Shown here one piece after another: positions 18,803 to 28,442 of a stretch of DNA of 64,000 nucleotides. The translations under genes and the position numbers were made by a program. Positions within the stretch are counted from its first letter, which is position 1. The number at the start of each line of letters is the position of its first letter. The stretch is taken from assembly GCF_041915215.1 (NCBI RefSeq), contig NZ_JAYSBV010000012.1. The stretch is one strand, 5' to 3'. This DNA is from Zoogloea sp. (GTDB taxonomy: Bacteria; Pseudomonadota; Gammaproteobacteria; Burkholderiales; Rhodocyclaceae). The notes under the pieces were generated by a model. It saw nothing but the letters and a program-made list of their open reading frames with translations. It was not told where the DNA came from and did no database searches.

Positions 18803-19666
18803 ATGATCCGCCCCGCCCTGCGTCCCCTCTCCGCCCTGATCGCCCTCGCCTGTCTGGGCGCCGCCGGCAGCAGCCGTGCCGCCGACGCCCCCGCCGATGC
18901 GCCCGCATCGGCCTGGACGGTGCCGGTGAGTGTGAGTCTGGTGAGCGATTACATCTTCCGGGGCCAGTCCCAGACCTGGGGCAAGCCGGCCCTGCAGCTG
19001 AGCGTGGAAGCCGACCACGCCTCCGGCGCCTATGTGGGCTTTGCCGCCTCCAATGTCTCCAGCCACTGGCTGCCCGGTGCCACTGTGGAAACCGACTTTT
19101 TCGGCGGCTTCCGGGGCAAACTCTCCGAGCCGGTGGGCTACGACGTGGGCCTGATCTACTACGCCTACCCGGGCGCCGACTGGAAGGATTCCTGGTTTGA
19201 TGGCTACAACAAGGGCAACAGCCTCAACACCGCCGAGGCCTATGTCTCGATCAGCTACGACTGGCTGAGCTTCAAGACCGGCCGCACCCTCACCGAATAC
19301 TTTGGCTGGAGCACCAACAATTCCCCGGTAGCGGGTGGCTTCAACGGCAACCCGGCGGCCGGCGTCACCGGCAGCACCCGGGGTTCGTATTTTTATGAAC
19401 TGAACGCCAGCAAGGACGTGGCCGAAGGCTGGAACCTGAGCGGCCAGATCGGGCGCCAGGTGATTGCCCACGCTACCGGGCTGGACATCACCTATTACAA
19501 GCTGGGCCTCACCCGCGCCCTGCCCGACGGCTGGAGCGCCGGAGCCTTCTACTCCGCCTCCAGCCAGCCCAAGGCTTACGACCGCTTCCTGAGCCTGGAC
19601 AACGGCCACTCGGAATCCAACATCGCCCGCAACAAGGTATTCGTGAGTCTGAGCAAGGCGTTCTGA
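18803..19666 (+). CDS. outer-membrane beta-barrel protein (TIGR02001-like conserved hypothetical porin)
   Basis: Signal peptide MIRPALRPLSALIALACLGAAGSSRA. Alternating amphipathic beta strands and a C-terminal aromatic residue (…KAF). RBS AAGGAGA. Confidence 0.55.
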   Translation: MIRPALRPLSALIALACLGAAGSSRAADAPADAPASAWTVPVSVSLVSDYIFRGQSQTWGKPALQLSVEADHASGAYVGFAASNVSSHWLPGATVETDFFGGFRGKLSEPVGYDVGLIYYAYPGADWKDSWFDGYNKGNSLNTAEAYVSISYDWLSFKTGRTLTEYFGWSTNNSPVAGGFNGNPAAGVTGSTRGSYFYELNASKDVAEGWNLSGQIGRQVIAHATGLDITYYKLGLTRALPDGWSAGAFYSASSQPKAYDRFLSLDNGHSESNIARNKVFVSLSKAF

Positions 19667-19710
19667 GCCACTCAACTCAACTCAACTTAACCCAACCCAG
19701 CTCAGCACCG

Positions 19711-19734
19711 CCACGTACCCCTCGGGGTACGTGG
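19711..19734 (+). terminator. perfect 10-bp-stem hairpin (CCACGTACCC-TCGG-GGGTACGTGG) without a U-tract
   Basis: Directly readable inverted repeat downstream of the outer-membrane protein gene. Confidence 0.4.
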
Positions 19735-20122
19735 CTTAGCAATTCCCCTTCTTGGCCTGACCCGGCGGGCAAAAATCCCCACCACCACGATGGCCCCCGC
19801 TGCCACCTCGGTTCGGGTCCACAATCACGGCGCCACCCGGGGTGTATACCGCGCAGCCCCCCAACAGATTCAAAAAACTCGCCACAGCAGCCAGCATCAG
19901 CACTTTTTTCATTATTTATCCCTCATCGCATTGATTGTGTGGAATGGATCAGACAGCACCCATCCTGCCACGAGTCATTAAAAAGCACATCTCCAAACAC
20001 CGCCATCCAGGGCCAGAGGCAGCGGTCTCCCCACCAAAATACCCCCCTTTCCTCCCCCTGTTCTCCCCTAAGCCCAAGGGCGCCGATATCTAAGATTGCT
20101 GCAACCCTTCCAAGGAGCAGCA

Positions 20123-20893
20123 ATGAAGGCCGTGATCCTCGCGGGTGGCCTGGGCACCCGTCTTAGCGAAGAAACCGTCTCCCGCCCCAAGCCCATGGTG
20201 AACATCGGGGGGCGTCCCATCCTGTGGCACATCATGAAGATCTACTCCAGTCATGGCATCCATGACTTCGTGATCTGCTGCGGCTACATGGGCTACGTGA
20301 TCAAAGAGTATTTCGCCAACTACTTCCTGCACATGTCGGACGTCACCTTCGACATGAGCAACAACCAGATGGAAATCCACGAGCACCACGCCGAGCCGTG
20401 GCGCATCACCCTCGTGGATACCGGCGACCAGACCCAGACCGGCGGCCGCCTGGCCCGGGTGAAGCAGTACGTGAAGAACGAAGAGATGTTCTGCTTCACC
20501 TACGGCGACGGGCTGGCCGACATCGATGTGCGGGCCGAAATCGACTTCCACCGACGCCACGGCAAGCCCGCCACGGTGGCCGCCGTCCAACCCCCGGGGC
20601 GCTTCGGCTCGCTCCAGCTGGACGGGCCCGATGTGAGCGCGTTTGTCGAAAAGCCCCTGGGCGACGGCGGCTTCATCAACGGCGGCTTTTTCGTGCTCAA
20701 CCCCGGAGTGCTGGATCTGATCGACGGCGATCACAGCGTCTGGGAAGGCGACGTGCTCGCCCGCCTGATCGAACGCCACGAGCTGGCCGCCTTCCAGCAC
20801 AACGGCTTCTGGCGCCCCATGGACACCCTGCGGGACAAGTCCTACCTCGAAGAACTCTGGAACACCGGGAGCGCCCCATGGAAAACCTGGTGA
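20123..20893 (+). CDS. rfbF: glucose-1-phosphate cytidylyltransferase
   Basis: MKAVILAGGLGTRLSEET nucleotidyltransferase motif. About 256 aa. RBS AAGGAG. Confidence 0.9.
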   Translation: MKAVILAGGLGTRLSEETVSRPKPMVNIGGRPILWHIMKIYSSHGIHDFVICCGYMGYVIKEYFANYFLHMSDVTFDMSNNQMEIHEHHAEPWRITLVDTGDQTQTGGRLARVKQYVKNEEMFCFTYGDGLADIDVRAEIDFHRRHGKPATVAAVQPPGRFGSLQLDGPDVSAFVEKPLGDGGFINGGFFVLNPGVLDLIDGDHSVWEGDVLARLIERHELAAFQHNGFWRPMDTLRDKSYLEELWNTGSAPWKTW

Positions 20894-22014
20894 CGCCTCT
20901 TGTAGATCCGGGCTTCTGGGCCGGGCGGCGGGTATTTCTCACCGGCCACACCGGCTTCAAGGGCAGCTGGCTCGCCCTGTGGCTGCACCAGATGGGCGCA
21001 GAGGTGCAGGGCTATGCCCTCGCCCCGCCCAACAGCCCCAATCTGTTTGCCCTGGCGGGCATCAGCGAGCTGCTCCACAACCGGATCGGCGATCTGCGCG
21101 ACGGTGCTCACCTGCGGGCCTGCCTCACCAGCTTCGCCCCGGAAGTGGTGCTCCACCTGGGTGCCCAGGCGCTGGTGTCGGAAGGCTATGCCGACCCGGT
21201 GGGCACCTTCGCCACCAATGTCCAGGGCACCGTGAACCTGCTCGAAGCCGTGCGCTACTGCCCCAGCGTGGGTGCCGTGGTGGTGGTGAGCAGCGACAAG
21301 TGCTACGAAAACCGCGAATACACCGCCACCGACCGGGGCTATCACGAAGATGACCCCATGGGCGGCTACGACCCCTATTCGGCCAGCAAGGGCTGCACCG
21401 AACTGGTCGCCTCTGCCTACCGGCGCTCGTTTCTGCTGCAACGGGGCGTGCCCCTGGCCAGCGCCCGGGCCGGCAACGTGATCGGTGGCGGCGACTGGAG
21501 CCCTGCCCGGCTGGTGCCGGACGTGCTCGCTGCCTTCAGCGCCGGCCGCCCGGTGCTGCTGCGCAACCCGGACGGCGTGCGCCCCTGGCAGCACGTGCTC
21601 GAACCCCTGGCCGGCTACCTGGCCCTGGCCCAGCGCCTGCACCAGGAAGGCGCCCCCTGGGCCGAAGGCTGGAACTTTGGCCCCGACCCGGCGGATGCCC
21701 GGAGCGTGGGCTGGGTGGTGGAACACCTGGCCCGGGCCTGGGGCCCGGATGCCTGCTGGGACAAGGGCGATGCCCCCATCCATGAAGCTGGCACCCTGCG
21801 CCTGGATTGCCACAAGGCCCACACCCGCCTGGGCTGGCAGCCCCGCTGGGACACCGCCACCGCCCTCGACCGCAGCCTGGCCTGGTTCCGGGCCTGGCAA
21901 CAGGGCGCCGACATGCGCCAGTACAGCCGCGCCGAGATCGACGCCTACTGCGACGCTCCCGGCCTGGCCCCCACCGCCCCCACCCTCCACGGAGACACAT
22001 CATGCCCGGTCTGA
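20878..22014 (+). CDS. rfbG: CDP-glucose 4,6-dehydratase
   Basis: SDR extended family with [14 protein letters not shown] Rossmann motif. About 378 aa. Overlaps rfbF by 16 nt. Confidence 0.85.
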   Translation: MENLVTPLVDPGFWAGRRVFLTGHTGFKGSWLALWLHQMGAEVQGYALAPPNSPNLFALAGISELLHNRIGDLRDGAHLRACLTSFAPEVVLHLGAQALVSEGYADPVGTFATNVQGTVNLLEAVRYCPSVGAVVVVSSDKCYENREYTATDRGYHEDDPMGGYDPYSASKGCTELVASAYRRSFLLQRGVPLASARAGNVIGGGDWSPARLVPDVLAAFSAGRPVLLRNPDGVRPWQHVLEPLAGYLALAQRLHQEGAPWAEGWNFGPDPADARSVGWVVEHLARAWGPDACWDKGDAPIHEAGTLRLDCHKAHTRLGWQPRWDTATALDRSLAWFRAWQQGADMRQYSRAEIDAYCDAPGLAPTAPTLHGDTSCPV

Positions 22015-23369
22015 TCCGCTACGCCCTGCGCCCCGACGCGTCTGGCCAATGCCAACTGAACCTGCCCGAACTGGCCGGCCAGGATGTGGAAATCCTGGTG
22101 CGCCCGCGCCAGCCCGACAGCAGCGACACCCCCTGGCGCGCCGGGCGGGACAGCGTGCAGCCCTCGGGCAAGGTAATCGGCGAACCCGAAAAGAACGCCA
22201 TGATCGAAGCCGCCCTGGATGGCTGGCTCACCACCGGGCGCTTCAACGATGCGTTTGAGGAGCGCCTCGCCCGCTTTGTCGGGGTGCCCTACGCCCTCAC
22301 CGTGAATTCCGGCTCCTCGGCCAATCTGGTGGCCTTCACCACCCTGACCTCGCCCCAGCTGGGCGAACGGGCGATCCGCCCGGGGGATGAAGTCATCACC
22401 GTGGCCGCCGGCTTCCCGACCACCGTGTATCCCATCATCCAGAACGGGGCGATCCCGGTGTTCGTGGATGCCCGGCTGCCCGACTACAACATCGACGTGG
22501 CCATGCTGGAAGCGGCCCTCAGCCCCCGCACCAAGGCCATCATGGTGGCCCACACCCTGGGCAACCCCATTGATCTGGACACGATTTGCGCCTTTGCCCA
22601 GGCCCACAAGCTGTGGCTGATCGAAGACTGCTGCGATGCCCTCGGCTCCCGCTGGAAAGGCCGCCGGGTGGGGAGCTTCGGGGATCTGGCCACCCTGTCC
22701 TTCTACCCCGCCCACCACATCACCATGGGCGAAGGGGGCGCGGTGCTGACCGCCAACCCGGAGCTCAAGCGGATTGCCGAATCCTTCCGCGACTGGGGGC
22801 GGGACTGCTGGTGCAAGACCGGCTGCGACAACACCTGCGGCAAGCGCTTTGGCTGGCAGCAGGGCCGCCTGCCCGCCGGCTACGACCACAAATACACCTA
22901 CAGCCATGTGGGCTACAACCTCAAGATCACCGACATGCAGGCCGCCTGCGGGCTGGCCCAGCTGGATCGGCTGGAAGACTTCATCGCCGCCCGCAAGCGC
23001 AACTTCAACCACCTGAAGGCGGCCCTGGCCGATTGCACCGACTTTTTGATCCTGCCCGAAGCCACCCCGGGCAGCGATCCGGCGTGGTTCGGCTTCCCCA
23101 TCACCCTCAAGCCTGAAGCCGGGGTGAACCGGGTGGATCTGGTCCAGTACCTGGATCAGCACAAAATCGGCACCCGGCTGCTGTTTGCCGGCAACCTGAT
23201 CCGCCAGCCGGCCATGGCCGGGCGGGATTACCGGGTGATCGGCACCCTGCCGGTGGCCGACCAGATCATGCGCGACACCTTCTGGATCGGCGTGTGGCCC
23301 GGCCTCAGCCGGGAGCAGCTGGACTATGCCGTGCATCACATCAAGACCTTCCTGGGAGTCGAATTATGA
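22002..23369 (+). CDS. rfbH: CDP-6-deoxy-D-xylo-4-hexulose 3-dehydrase (E1, PMP-dependent, DegT/AHBA family)
   Basis: [10 protein letters not shown]...[12 protein letters not shown]-terminal signature of RfbH/DdhC. Start codon uncertain; the ATG at 22002 gives 455 aa and overlaps rfbG by 13 nt. Confidence 0.8.
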   Translation: MPGLIRYALRPDASGQCQLNLPELAGQDVEILVRPRQPDSSDTPWRAGRDSVQPSGKVIGEPEKNAMIEAALDGWLTTGRFNDAFEERLARFVGVPYALTVNSGSSANLVAFTTLTSPQLGERAIRPGDEVITVAAGFPTTVYPIIQNGAIPVFVDARLPDYNIDVAMLEAALSPRTKAIMVAHTLGNPIDLDTICAFAQAHKLWLIEDCCDALGSRWKGRRVGSFGDLATLSFYPAHHITMGEGGAVLTANPELKRIAESFRDWGRDCWCKTGCDNTCGKRFGWQQGRLPAGYDHKYTYSHVGYNLKITDMQAACGLAQLDRLEDFIAARKRNFNHLKAALADCTDFLILPEATPGSDPAWFGFPITLKPEAGVNRVDLVQYLDQHKIGTRLLFAGNLIRQPAMAGRDYRVIGTLPVADQIMRDTFWIGVWPGLSREQLDYAVHHIKTFLGVEL

Positions 23370-24862
23370 GCACCAAGCCCCTCATGGTGTTTGAAATGGC
23401 CAACAACCACATGGGCGACCTGGGCCACGGCCTGGCCACCATCCGCGCCCTGCGCGAGGCCTGCACCGGCTTCGAGGCCGATTTCGACTTCGCCTTCAAG
23501 CTCCAGTACCGGGATCTGGACACCTTCATCCACGCCTCGGTGCGCGGGCGCGAAGACGTGAAGTACGTGAAGCGCTTTGAAGAAACCCGGCTGAGCGACG
23601 CTTCCTTTCAGGAACTGGTGCGGGAAATGCGCGACAACGGCTTTCAAACCGTATGCACACCCTTCGACGAGCCCTCGGTGGACAAGATCGAAGCCCACGC
23701 CATCGAGAGCATCAAGGTCGCCAGCTGCTCCTTCACCGATTGGCCCCTGCTGGAGCGCATCGCCCAGAGCAACAAGCCGGTGATCGCCTCCACCGCCGGC
23801 GCGACGCTGGAAGAGATCGACAACGTGGTGAGCTTCTTCCTGCACCGCCACAAGCAGCTCACCCTGATGCACTGCGTGGCCGAATACCCGACCCCGGACG
23901 CCAGCCTGCAGGTGAATCAGATCGCCCTGCTCCAGGCCCGCTACCCGGACTGCCGGATCGGCTACTCCACCCACGAATCCCCCGACAACACCCTGGCGGT
24001 GGCCCTGGCCGTGGCCAAGGGCGCCCGGGTGTTCGAGAAGCATGTGGTGCTGCCCACCGCCCGCTACCCGGCCAATGCCTACTCGGCCAACCCGGCCCAG
24101 ATCCGGGCCTGGCTGGAAAGTGCGCGCCGGGCCCTGGCCATCTGCGGCAGCGCCGACCGCTACCAGCCCTCCCGCGCCGAAGAAGCCAGCCTGCACAGCC
24201 TGCGCCGGGGGGTGTTTGCCACCCGCCCCATTCCTGCCGGCACCCAGCTGACCCGGGACATGATCGAGTTTGCCTTCCCGCCGGTGGAAGGCCAGCTCAC
24301 CGCCAACGCGTGGTCCAAGTACAGCCAGTTCCGCGCCACCCAGGACATTCCTGCCGGCACCCCGGTGCTGCACATGGATCTGGCCGAAAGCCACCTGCGC
24401 AGCCAGGTGATGGGCATCGTTCAAGACGTGAAGAAGCTGCTCAAGGCCGCCCATGTGGTGATTCCGGGCAAGTCGGAACTGGAGATTTCCCACCACTTCG
24501 GGCTGGAGCGCTTTGACGACTTCGGGCTCACCATGCTCACCGTGGTGAACCGGGAATACTGCAAGAAGCTGCTGGTGCTGCTGCCGGGCCAGACCCACCC
24601 CGAGCAATACCACCTCAAGAAGGAAGAAACCTTTGTGGTGGTGCACGGCGAACTCACCCTGTGGCTCGATGGCGAAGAACGCCTGGCCCACGCCGGCGAC
24701 GTGATCACCGTGAACCGGGGCGTGCGCCACCGCTTTTACACCCGCGTGGGCGCGGTGTTCGAGGAGATTTCCTCCACCCACGAGCCCAACGACTCCTACT
24801 ACACCGACCCGGCCATTGCGCGGAACACCCAGCGCAAGACCTGGCTCACCTACTGGATGTAA
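23366..24862 (+). CDS. NeuB-family (sialic-acid-synthase-like) PEP-condensing enzyme with SAF domain, fused to a C-terminal cupin
   Basis: NeuB signatures [44 protein letters not shown] domain [17 protein letters not shown]. An extra roughly 140-aa cupin ([23 protein letters not shown]). ATGA overlap with rfbH. Confidence 0.65.
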   Translation: MSTKPLMVFEMANNHMGDLGHGLATIRALREACTGFEADFDFAFKLQYRDLDTFIHASVRGREDVKYVKRFEETRLSDASFQELVREMRDNGFQTVCTPFDEPSVDKIEAHAIESIKVASCSFTDWPLLERIAQSNKPVIASTAGATLEEIDNVVSFFLHRHKQLTLMHCVAEYPTPDASLQVNQIALLQARYPDCRIGYSTHESPDNTLAVALAVAKGARVFEKHVVLPTARYPANAYSANPAQIRAWLESARRALAICGSADRYQPSRAEEASLHSLRRGVFATRPIPAGTQLTRDMIEFAFPPVEGQLTANAWSKYSQFRATQDIPAGTPVLHMDLAESHLRSQVMGIVQDVKKLLKAAHVVIPGKSELEISHHFGLERFDDFGLTMLTVVNREYCKKLLVLLPGQTHPEQYHLKKEETFVVVHGELTLWLDGEERLAHAGDVITVNRGVRHRFYTRVGAVFEEISSTHEPNDSYYTDPAIARNTQRKTWLTYWM

Positions 24863-24880
24863 GCCCGGAGACTGCCCACC

Positions 24881-26704
24881 ATGCGCCTTGCCGACTGGAT
24901 CATGCAGCGCCTCGCCGCCGAAGGGGTGCGCCACGTTTTCACCCTGCCCGGGGGCGGTGCCATGCATCTGAACGATGCCTTGGCCTGCGAAACCCAGCTT
25001 ACCCCAGTGCCCGGCCACCACGAACAGGCCTGCGCCATTGCTGCCGAGGCCTGCGGGCGCAGCGGCCCCCCGGGCTTTGGCGTGGTGCTGGTGACCACCG
25101 GGCCGGGGGCCACCAATGTGGTGACGCCCGTGGCCGGGGCGTGGATAGACTCGGTGCCCCTGCTGGTGATTTCTGGCCAGGTGAAGCGGGCCGATCTGCT
25201 CAATGGCCGTCCCCTGCGCCAGACCGGCGTGCAGGAGGTGGACATCATCAGCATGGTGCGCGGCATCACCAAATACGCGGTCACCGTCACCGACCCCCTC
25301 ACCATCCGCCAGCACCTGGAACAGGCCCTGTACCGGATGCGCCATGGCCGGCCCGGCCCGGTCTGGCTGGATATTCCGTTGGACGTGCAGGCTGCCCCCA
25401 TCGAACCCGAACAGCTCCCCGGCTGGAGCGCCCCCGAGCTGGACAGCCCCCTGCCCGGTCACACCCTGAGCGCCATTGCCGGGCTGCTCCAGAAATCCCG
25501 CCGCCCGCTGATTCTGGCGGGCCACGGGGTGCGTCTGGCCGGCGCGGCCAAGGACTTCCGGCAACTGGTGGACGCCCTCGGGATTCCCGCCGTCACCACC
25601 TGGAACGCCCTGGACCTGCTCCCCTGGGAACACCCCCTCAACCTGGGCCGCCCCGGCGTGGTGGCCGCCCGGGCCGCCAATTTTGCGGTGCAGAACTGCG
25701 ACCTGCTGATCGCCATTGGCAGCCGGCTGGACCCCATCATCACCGCCTACAACCCCAAGGGCTTTGCCCGGGAGGCACGCAAGGTGGTGGTGGATGTGGA
25801 CCCCCACGAACTGGCCCGCCTCGCCCAGCAAGACATGCCCATCGACCACGCCCTGGCCCTGGATGCGGGCGACTTCATCCGGGGGCTGGAAGTGGCCACT
25901 CGCAGCCTGAACCTGGATCAGCACGAAGCCTGGCGGGTGCGCTGCCGGGGCTGGAAGACCCGCTATCCGCTCAACGAAACCCCGCGCTTCCCCAGCGAAG
26001 GCCCCATCGGCCACGCCCATTTTGTGGCGGCCCTCTCGGAGGCGGCCCCGCCGGATACCCTCATCAGCACCGGCAGTTCGGGGCTGGCGGTGGAGTTTTT
26101 CTATGCGGGCTTCAAGAACAAGGAAGGGCAGCGCTGCTTCCTCACTTCCGGGCTCGGGGCCATGGGCTACGGCCTGCCCGCAGCGATTGGCGCCAGCCTG
26201 GGCCAGGACAAGCAAGCCTCCCTGGCGGTGGAGTCCGATGGGAGCCTGCAGCTCAACCTGCAGGAACTCGCCACCCTGGTGGCCCAACGCCTGCCGGTGT
26301 GCCTGTTCATCATGAACAACGGGGGCTATGCATCGATCCGCAACACCCAGCGCAACTACTTTGCCGGGCGCTATCTGGCGAGCGGCCCCCAATCCGGCCT
26401 GCACATGCCCGAACTGGGCCCCCTCGCCACCGCCTACGGGCTGCCCTACATGCAGATCAGCAACTGCCGAAATCTGGCCCAGCAACTGCGCGAAGCGCAA
26501 AACCTGCCCCGCCCCTGCCTGATCGACGTGCGCCTGATTCCCGATGAAACCCTCGCCCCCAAGTGCGCCGCGATTCCCCGGCCCGACGGTTCGATTGTTT
26601 CCATGCCGCTCGAAGACATGAGCCCCCTGCTGCCCCTGGAAACCCTCCAGCGGGAAATGCTGGTGCCGCTCCTGCCCGCATCGCTGGAAGCCCCCCGTTC
26701 CTGA
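24881..26704 (+). CDS. thiamine-diphosphate-dependent acetolactate-synthase-like enzyme (YerE-type sugar two-carbon branching enzyme candidate)
   Basis: ALS/TPP family architecture, 607 aa, with a GDG-like TPP region. Embedded in the CDP-sugar operon, as yerE is in the yersiniose cluster. Confidence 0.7.
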   Translation: MRLADWIMQRLAAEGVRHVFTLPGGGAMHLNDALACETQLTPVPGHHEQACAIAAEACGRSGPPGFGVVLVTTGPGATNVVTPVAGAWIDSVPLLVISGQVKRADLLNGRPLRQTGVQEVDIISMVRGITKYAVTVTDPLTIRQHLEQALYRMRHGRPGPVWLDIPLDVQAAPIEPEQLPGWSAPELDSPLPGHTLSAIAGLLQKSRRPLILAGHGVRLAGAAKDFRQLVDALGIPAVTTWNALDLLPWEHPLNLGRPGVVAARAANFAVQNCDLLIAIGSRLDPIITAYNPKGFAREARKVVVDVDPHELARLAQQDMPIDHALALDAGDFIRGLEVATRSLNLDQHEAWRVRCRGWKTRYPLNETPRFPSEGPIGHAHFVAALSEAAPPDTLISTGSSGLAVEFFYAGFKNKEGQRCFLTSGLGAMGYGLPAAIGASLGQDKQASLAVESDGSLQLNLQELATLVAQRLPVCLFIMNNGGYASIRNTQRNYFAGRYLASGPQSGLHMPELGPLATAYGLPYMQISNCRNLAQQLREAQNLPRPCLIDVRLIPDETLAPKCAAIPRPDGSIVSMPLEDMSPLLPLETLQREMLVPLLPASLEAPRS

Positions 26705-26727
26705 CTCCGACTGACTGAGGTCTGCCC

Positions 26728-27888
26728 ATGAGCCTCGCCTGCCGGCTGTGTGACCAGCCCCTGTTCCCCGACCCGCTGCTGTGCCAGCACCACATGCCCG
26801 CCGCCGCCCAGGAGCTGCCCACCGCCGCCACCCTGAGCGCCGATGGGGGGGTGAGTCTGGCCCTGCACCAGTGCAGCGCCTGCGGCGTGGTCCAGCTCAC
26901 CAACCCACCGGTGCCCTATTACCGGGACGTGATCCGCGCTGCCGGGCTCTCGGCGGAGATGCGCGCCTTCCGCCTCCAGCAGTTTGGCGCCTGGGTGGCC
27001 GGGCACGACCTCGCCGGCAAGCCGGTGCTGGAAGTGGGCTGCGGCCAGGGGGAATACCTGGCCCTGCTGCGCGAGGCCGGCGTGGATGCGTGGGGCCTGG
27101 AGCACCGGGCCGCCTCGGTGGCCCACTGCCAGACCCAGGGCCTGCAGGTCTTGCAGGGCTTCATGGAAGGCCCTGAAACCCGCTTCGCCGGGCCGGGCAT
27201 CCCGGGCCACTTCGACGGCTTTGCGATTCTCAATTTTCTGGAACACATCCCCGCCGCGCACCGAACCCTGGCCGGCATCGCCGCCCACCTGAGCCCGGGG
27301 GCCAGCGGGCTGGTGGAAGTGCCCAATTTCGACATGATCCTGAAGGCCGGGCTGTTTGCCGAGTTCATCCCGGATCATCTGCACTACTTCACCCAGGCCA
27401 CCCTCACCGGCCTGCTGGAGCGCAGCGGTTTCGAGGTGCTGGAGTGCCGGCCCGAATGGCACGATTACGTGCTCTCGGCCACGGTGCGCAAGCGCCAGCC
27501 CCTGGATCTGTCCAGCCTCAACCAGCGCCAGCACGCCCTGGCCGACGAATTCCGCCGCTTTCTGGCCGGCTTTGCGCCGGGCCGGGTGGCGATCTGGGGC
27601 GCTGGCCACCAGGCCCTGGCCCTCATCAGCCTGATGGACATCGCCCCCCACATCCGCTACGTGCTGGATTCGGCCCCCTTCAAGCAGGGGCGTTACACCC
27701 CGGCCACCCACCTGCCCATCGTGCCCCCCGAGCGGCTGGCCGAGGGCGAGGTGGATGCGGTCATCGTGCTCGCCGCCAGCTATTCGGACGAAGTGTTGCG
27801 CACCCTGCGGGCGCGCCACGGCAGCCGCTTTCGCACCGCTGCCCTGCGTGGCGAGCACCTGGTCTGCGATCCGGAGCCCCAGCCATGA
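26728..27888 (+). CDS. sugar C-methyltransferase (TylC3-like; Zn-ribbon + class I SAM MTase + C-methyltransferase C-terminal domain)
   Basis: N-terminal Cys-rich CRLCDQP...CQHH...CSACG. SAM motif VLEVGCGQGEY. C-terminal Rossmann-like VAIWGAGHQALALISL domain. Confidence 0.7.
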   Translation: MSLACRLCDQPLFPDPLLCQHHMPAAAQELPTAATLSADGGVSLALHQCSACGVVQLTNPPVPYYRDVIRAAGLSAEMRAFRLQQFGAWVAGHDLAGKPVLEVGCGQGEYLALLREAGVDAWGLEHRAASVAHCQTQGLQVLQGFMEGPETRFAGPGIPGHFDGFAILNFLEHIPAAHRTLAGIAAHLSPGASGLVEVPNFDMILKAGLFAEFIPDHLHYFTQATLTGLLERSGFEVLECRPEWHDYVLSATVRKRQPLDLSSLNQRQHALADEFRRFLAGFAPGRVAIWGAGHQALALISLMDIAPHIRYVLDSAPFKQGRYTPATHLPIVPPERLAEGEVDAVIVLAASYSDEVLRTLRARHGSRFRTAALRGEHLVCDPEPQP

Positions 27889-28442
27889 ATGCGCCACCTT
27901 CAAGCCCCGTCACCCCGGACGCCCTGGAGGCCGCCATTGCCACCCTGCAGGCCGCCGTGGGCTCGGCCCAGGCGGGGCTGCCCGAGCCGGTGTTCCAGCT
28001 GGTCAGCAGCCTGACCCCGCTCATCAATGTGGATCTGCTGATCCACGACGAACACGGTCGCTGCCTGCTCACCTGGCGCCACGATGCCTTCTACGGGCCA
28101 GGCTGGCACATTCCGGGGGGCATCATCCGCTTCAAGGAAGCCGCCGCCCAGCGCATTGCCGCCGTGGCCGACCTGGAGCTGGGCTGCTGCGTCACGTTCG
28201 CACCCCTGCCCATCGCCCTGCACGAAATCACCAACCCGAACCGGGACGTGCGCGGCCATTTCATCTCGCTGCTGTACTCCTGCCGCCTGGCCAGCCCCCC
28301 CGACCCGGGCCGGGCCTTTGATCCGGCCAGCCCCCGGGCAGGGGACTGGGCCTGGCACACGGGCAGCCCGGACAACCTGATCCACCAGCAGCACATCTAC
28401 CGCCCCTACATCGACAACCCCCTTGCCGGAGTCTGGTCATGA
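27885..28442 (+). CDS. NUDIX hydrolase, GDP-mannose mannosyl hydrolase (Gmm/NudD)-like NDP-sugar hydrolase
   Basis: Modified Nudix box GGIIRFKEAAAQRIAAVADLELG, alignable to Gmm GGRVQKDETLEAAFERLTMAELG. ATGA overlap with the methyltransferase. Confidence 0.55.
   Translation: MNAPPSSPVTPDALEAAIATLQAAVGSAQAGLPEPVFQLVSSLTPLINVDLLIHDEHGRCLLTWRHDAFYGPGWHIPGGIIRFKEAAAQRIAAVADLELGCCVTFAPLPIALHEITNPNRDVRGHFISLLYSCRLASPPDPGRAFDPASPRAGDWAWHTGSPDNLIHQQHIYRPYIDNPLAGVWS

Noticed and set aside
19790-20166. Small ORFs (63-75 aa) in the AT-rich region upstream of rfbF
   Set aside because: They have no RBS and fall in a probable promoter region. Composition is atypical for coding sequence in this genome.
20398-20877. 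N-terminal 160-codon extension of the rfbG ORF (Arg/Pro-rich) overlapping rfbF in another frame
   Set aside because: The conserved CDP-glucose 4,6-dehydratase starts at MENLV (20878). The extension is out-of-frame read-through of rfbF coding sequence.
23336-26500. 1054-aa minus-strand ORF across the NeuB-like and ThDP-enzyme genes
   Set aside because: It has no recognisable domains, whereas the sense strand has strong NeuB and ThDP-enzyme similarity. It is the antisense shadow of high-GC coding sequence.
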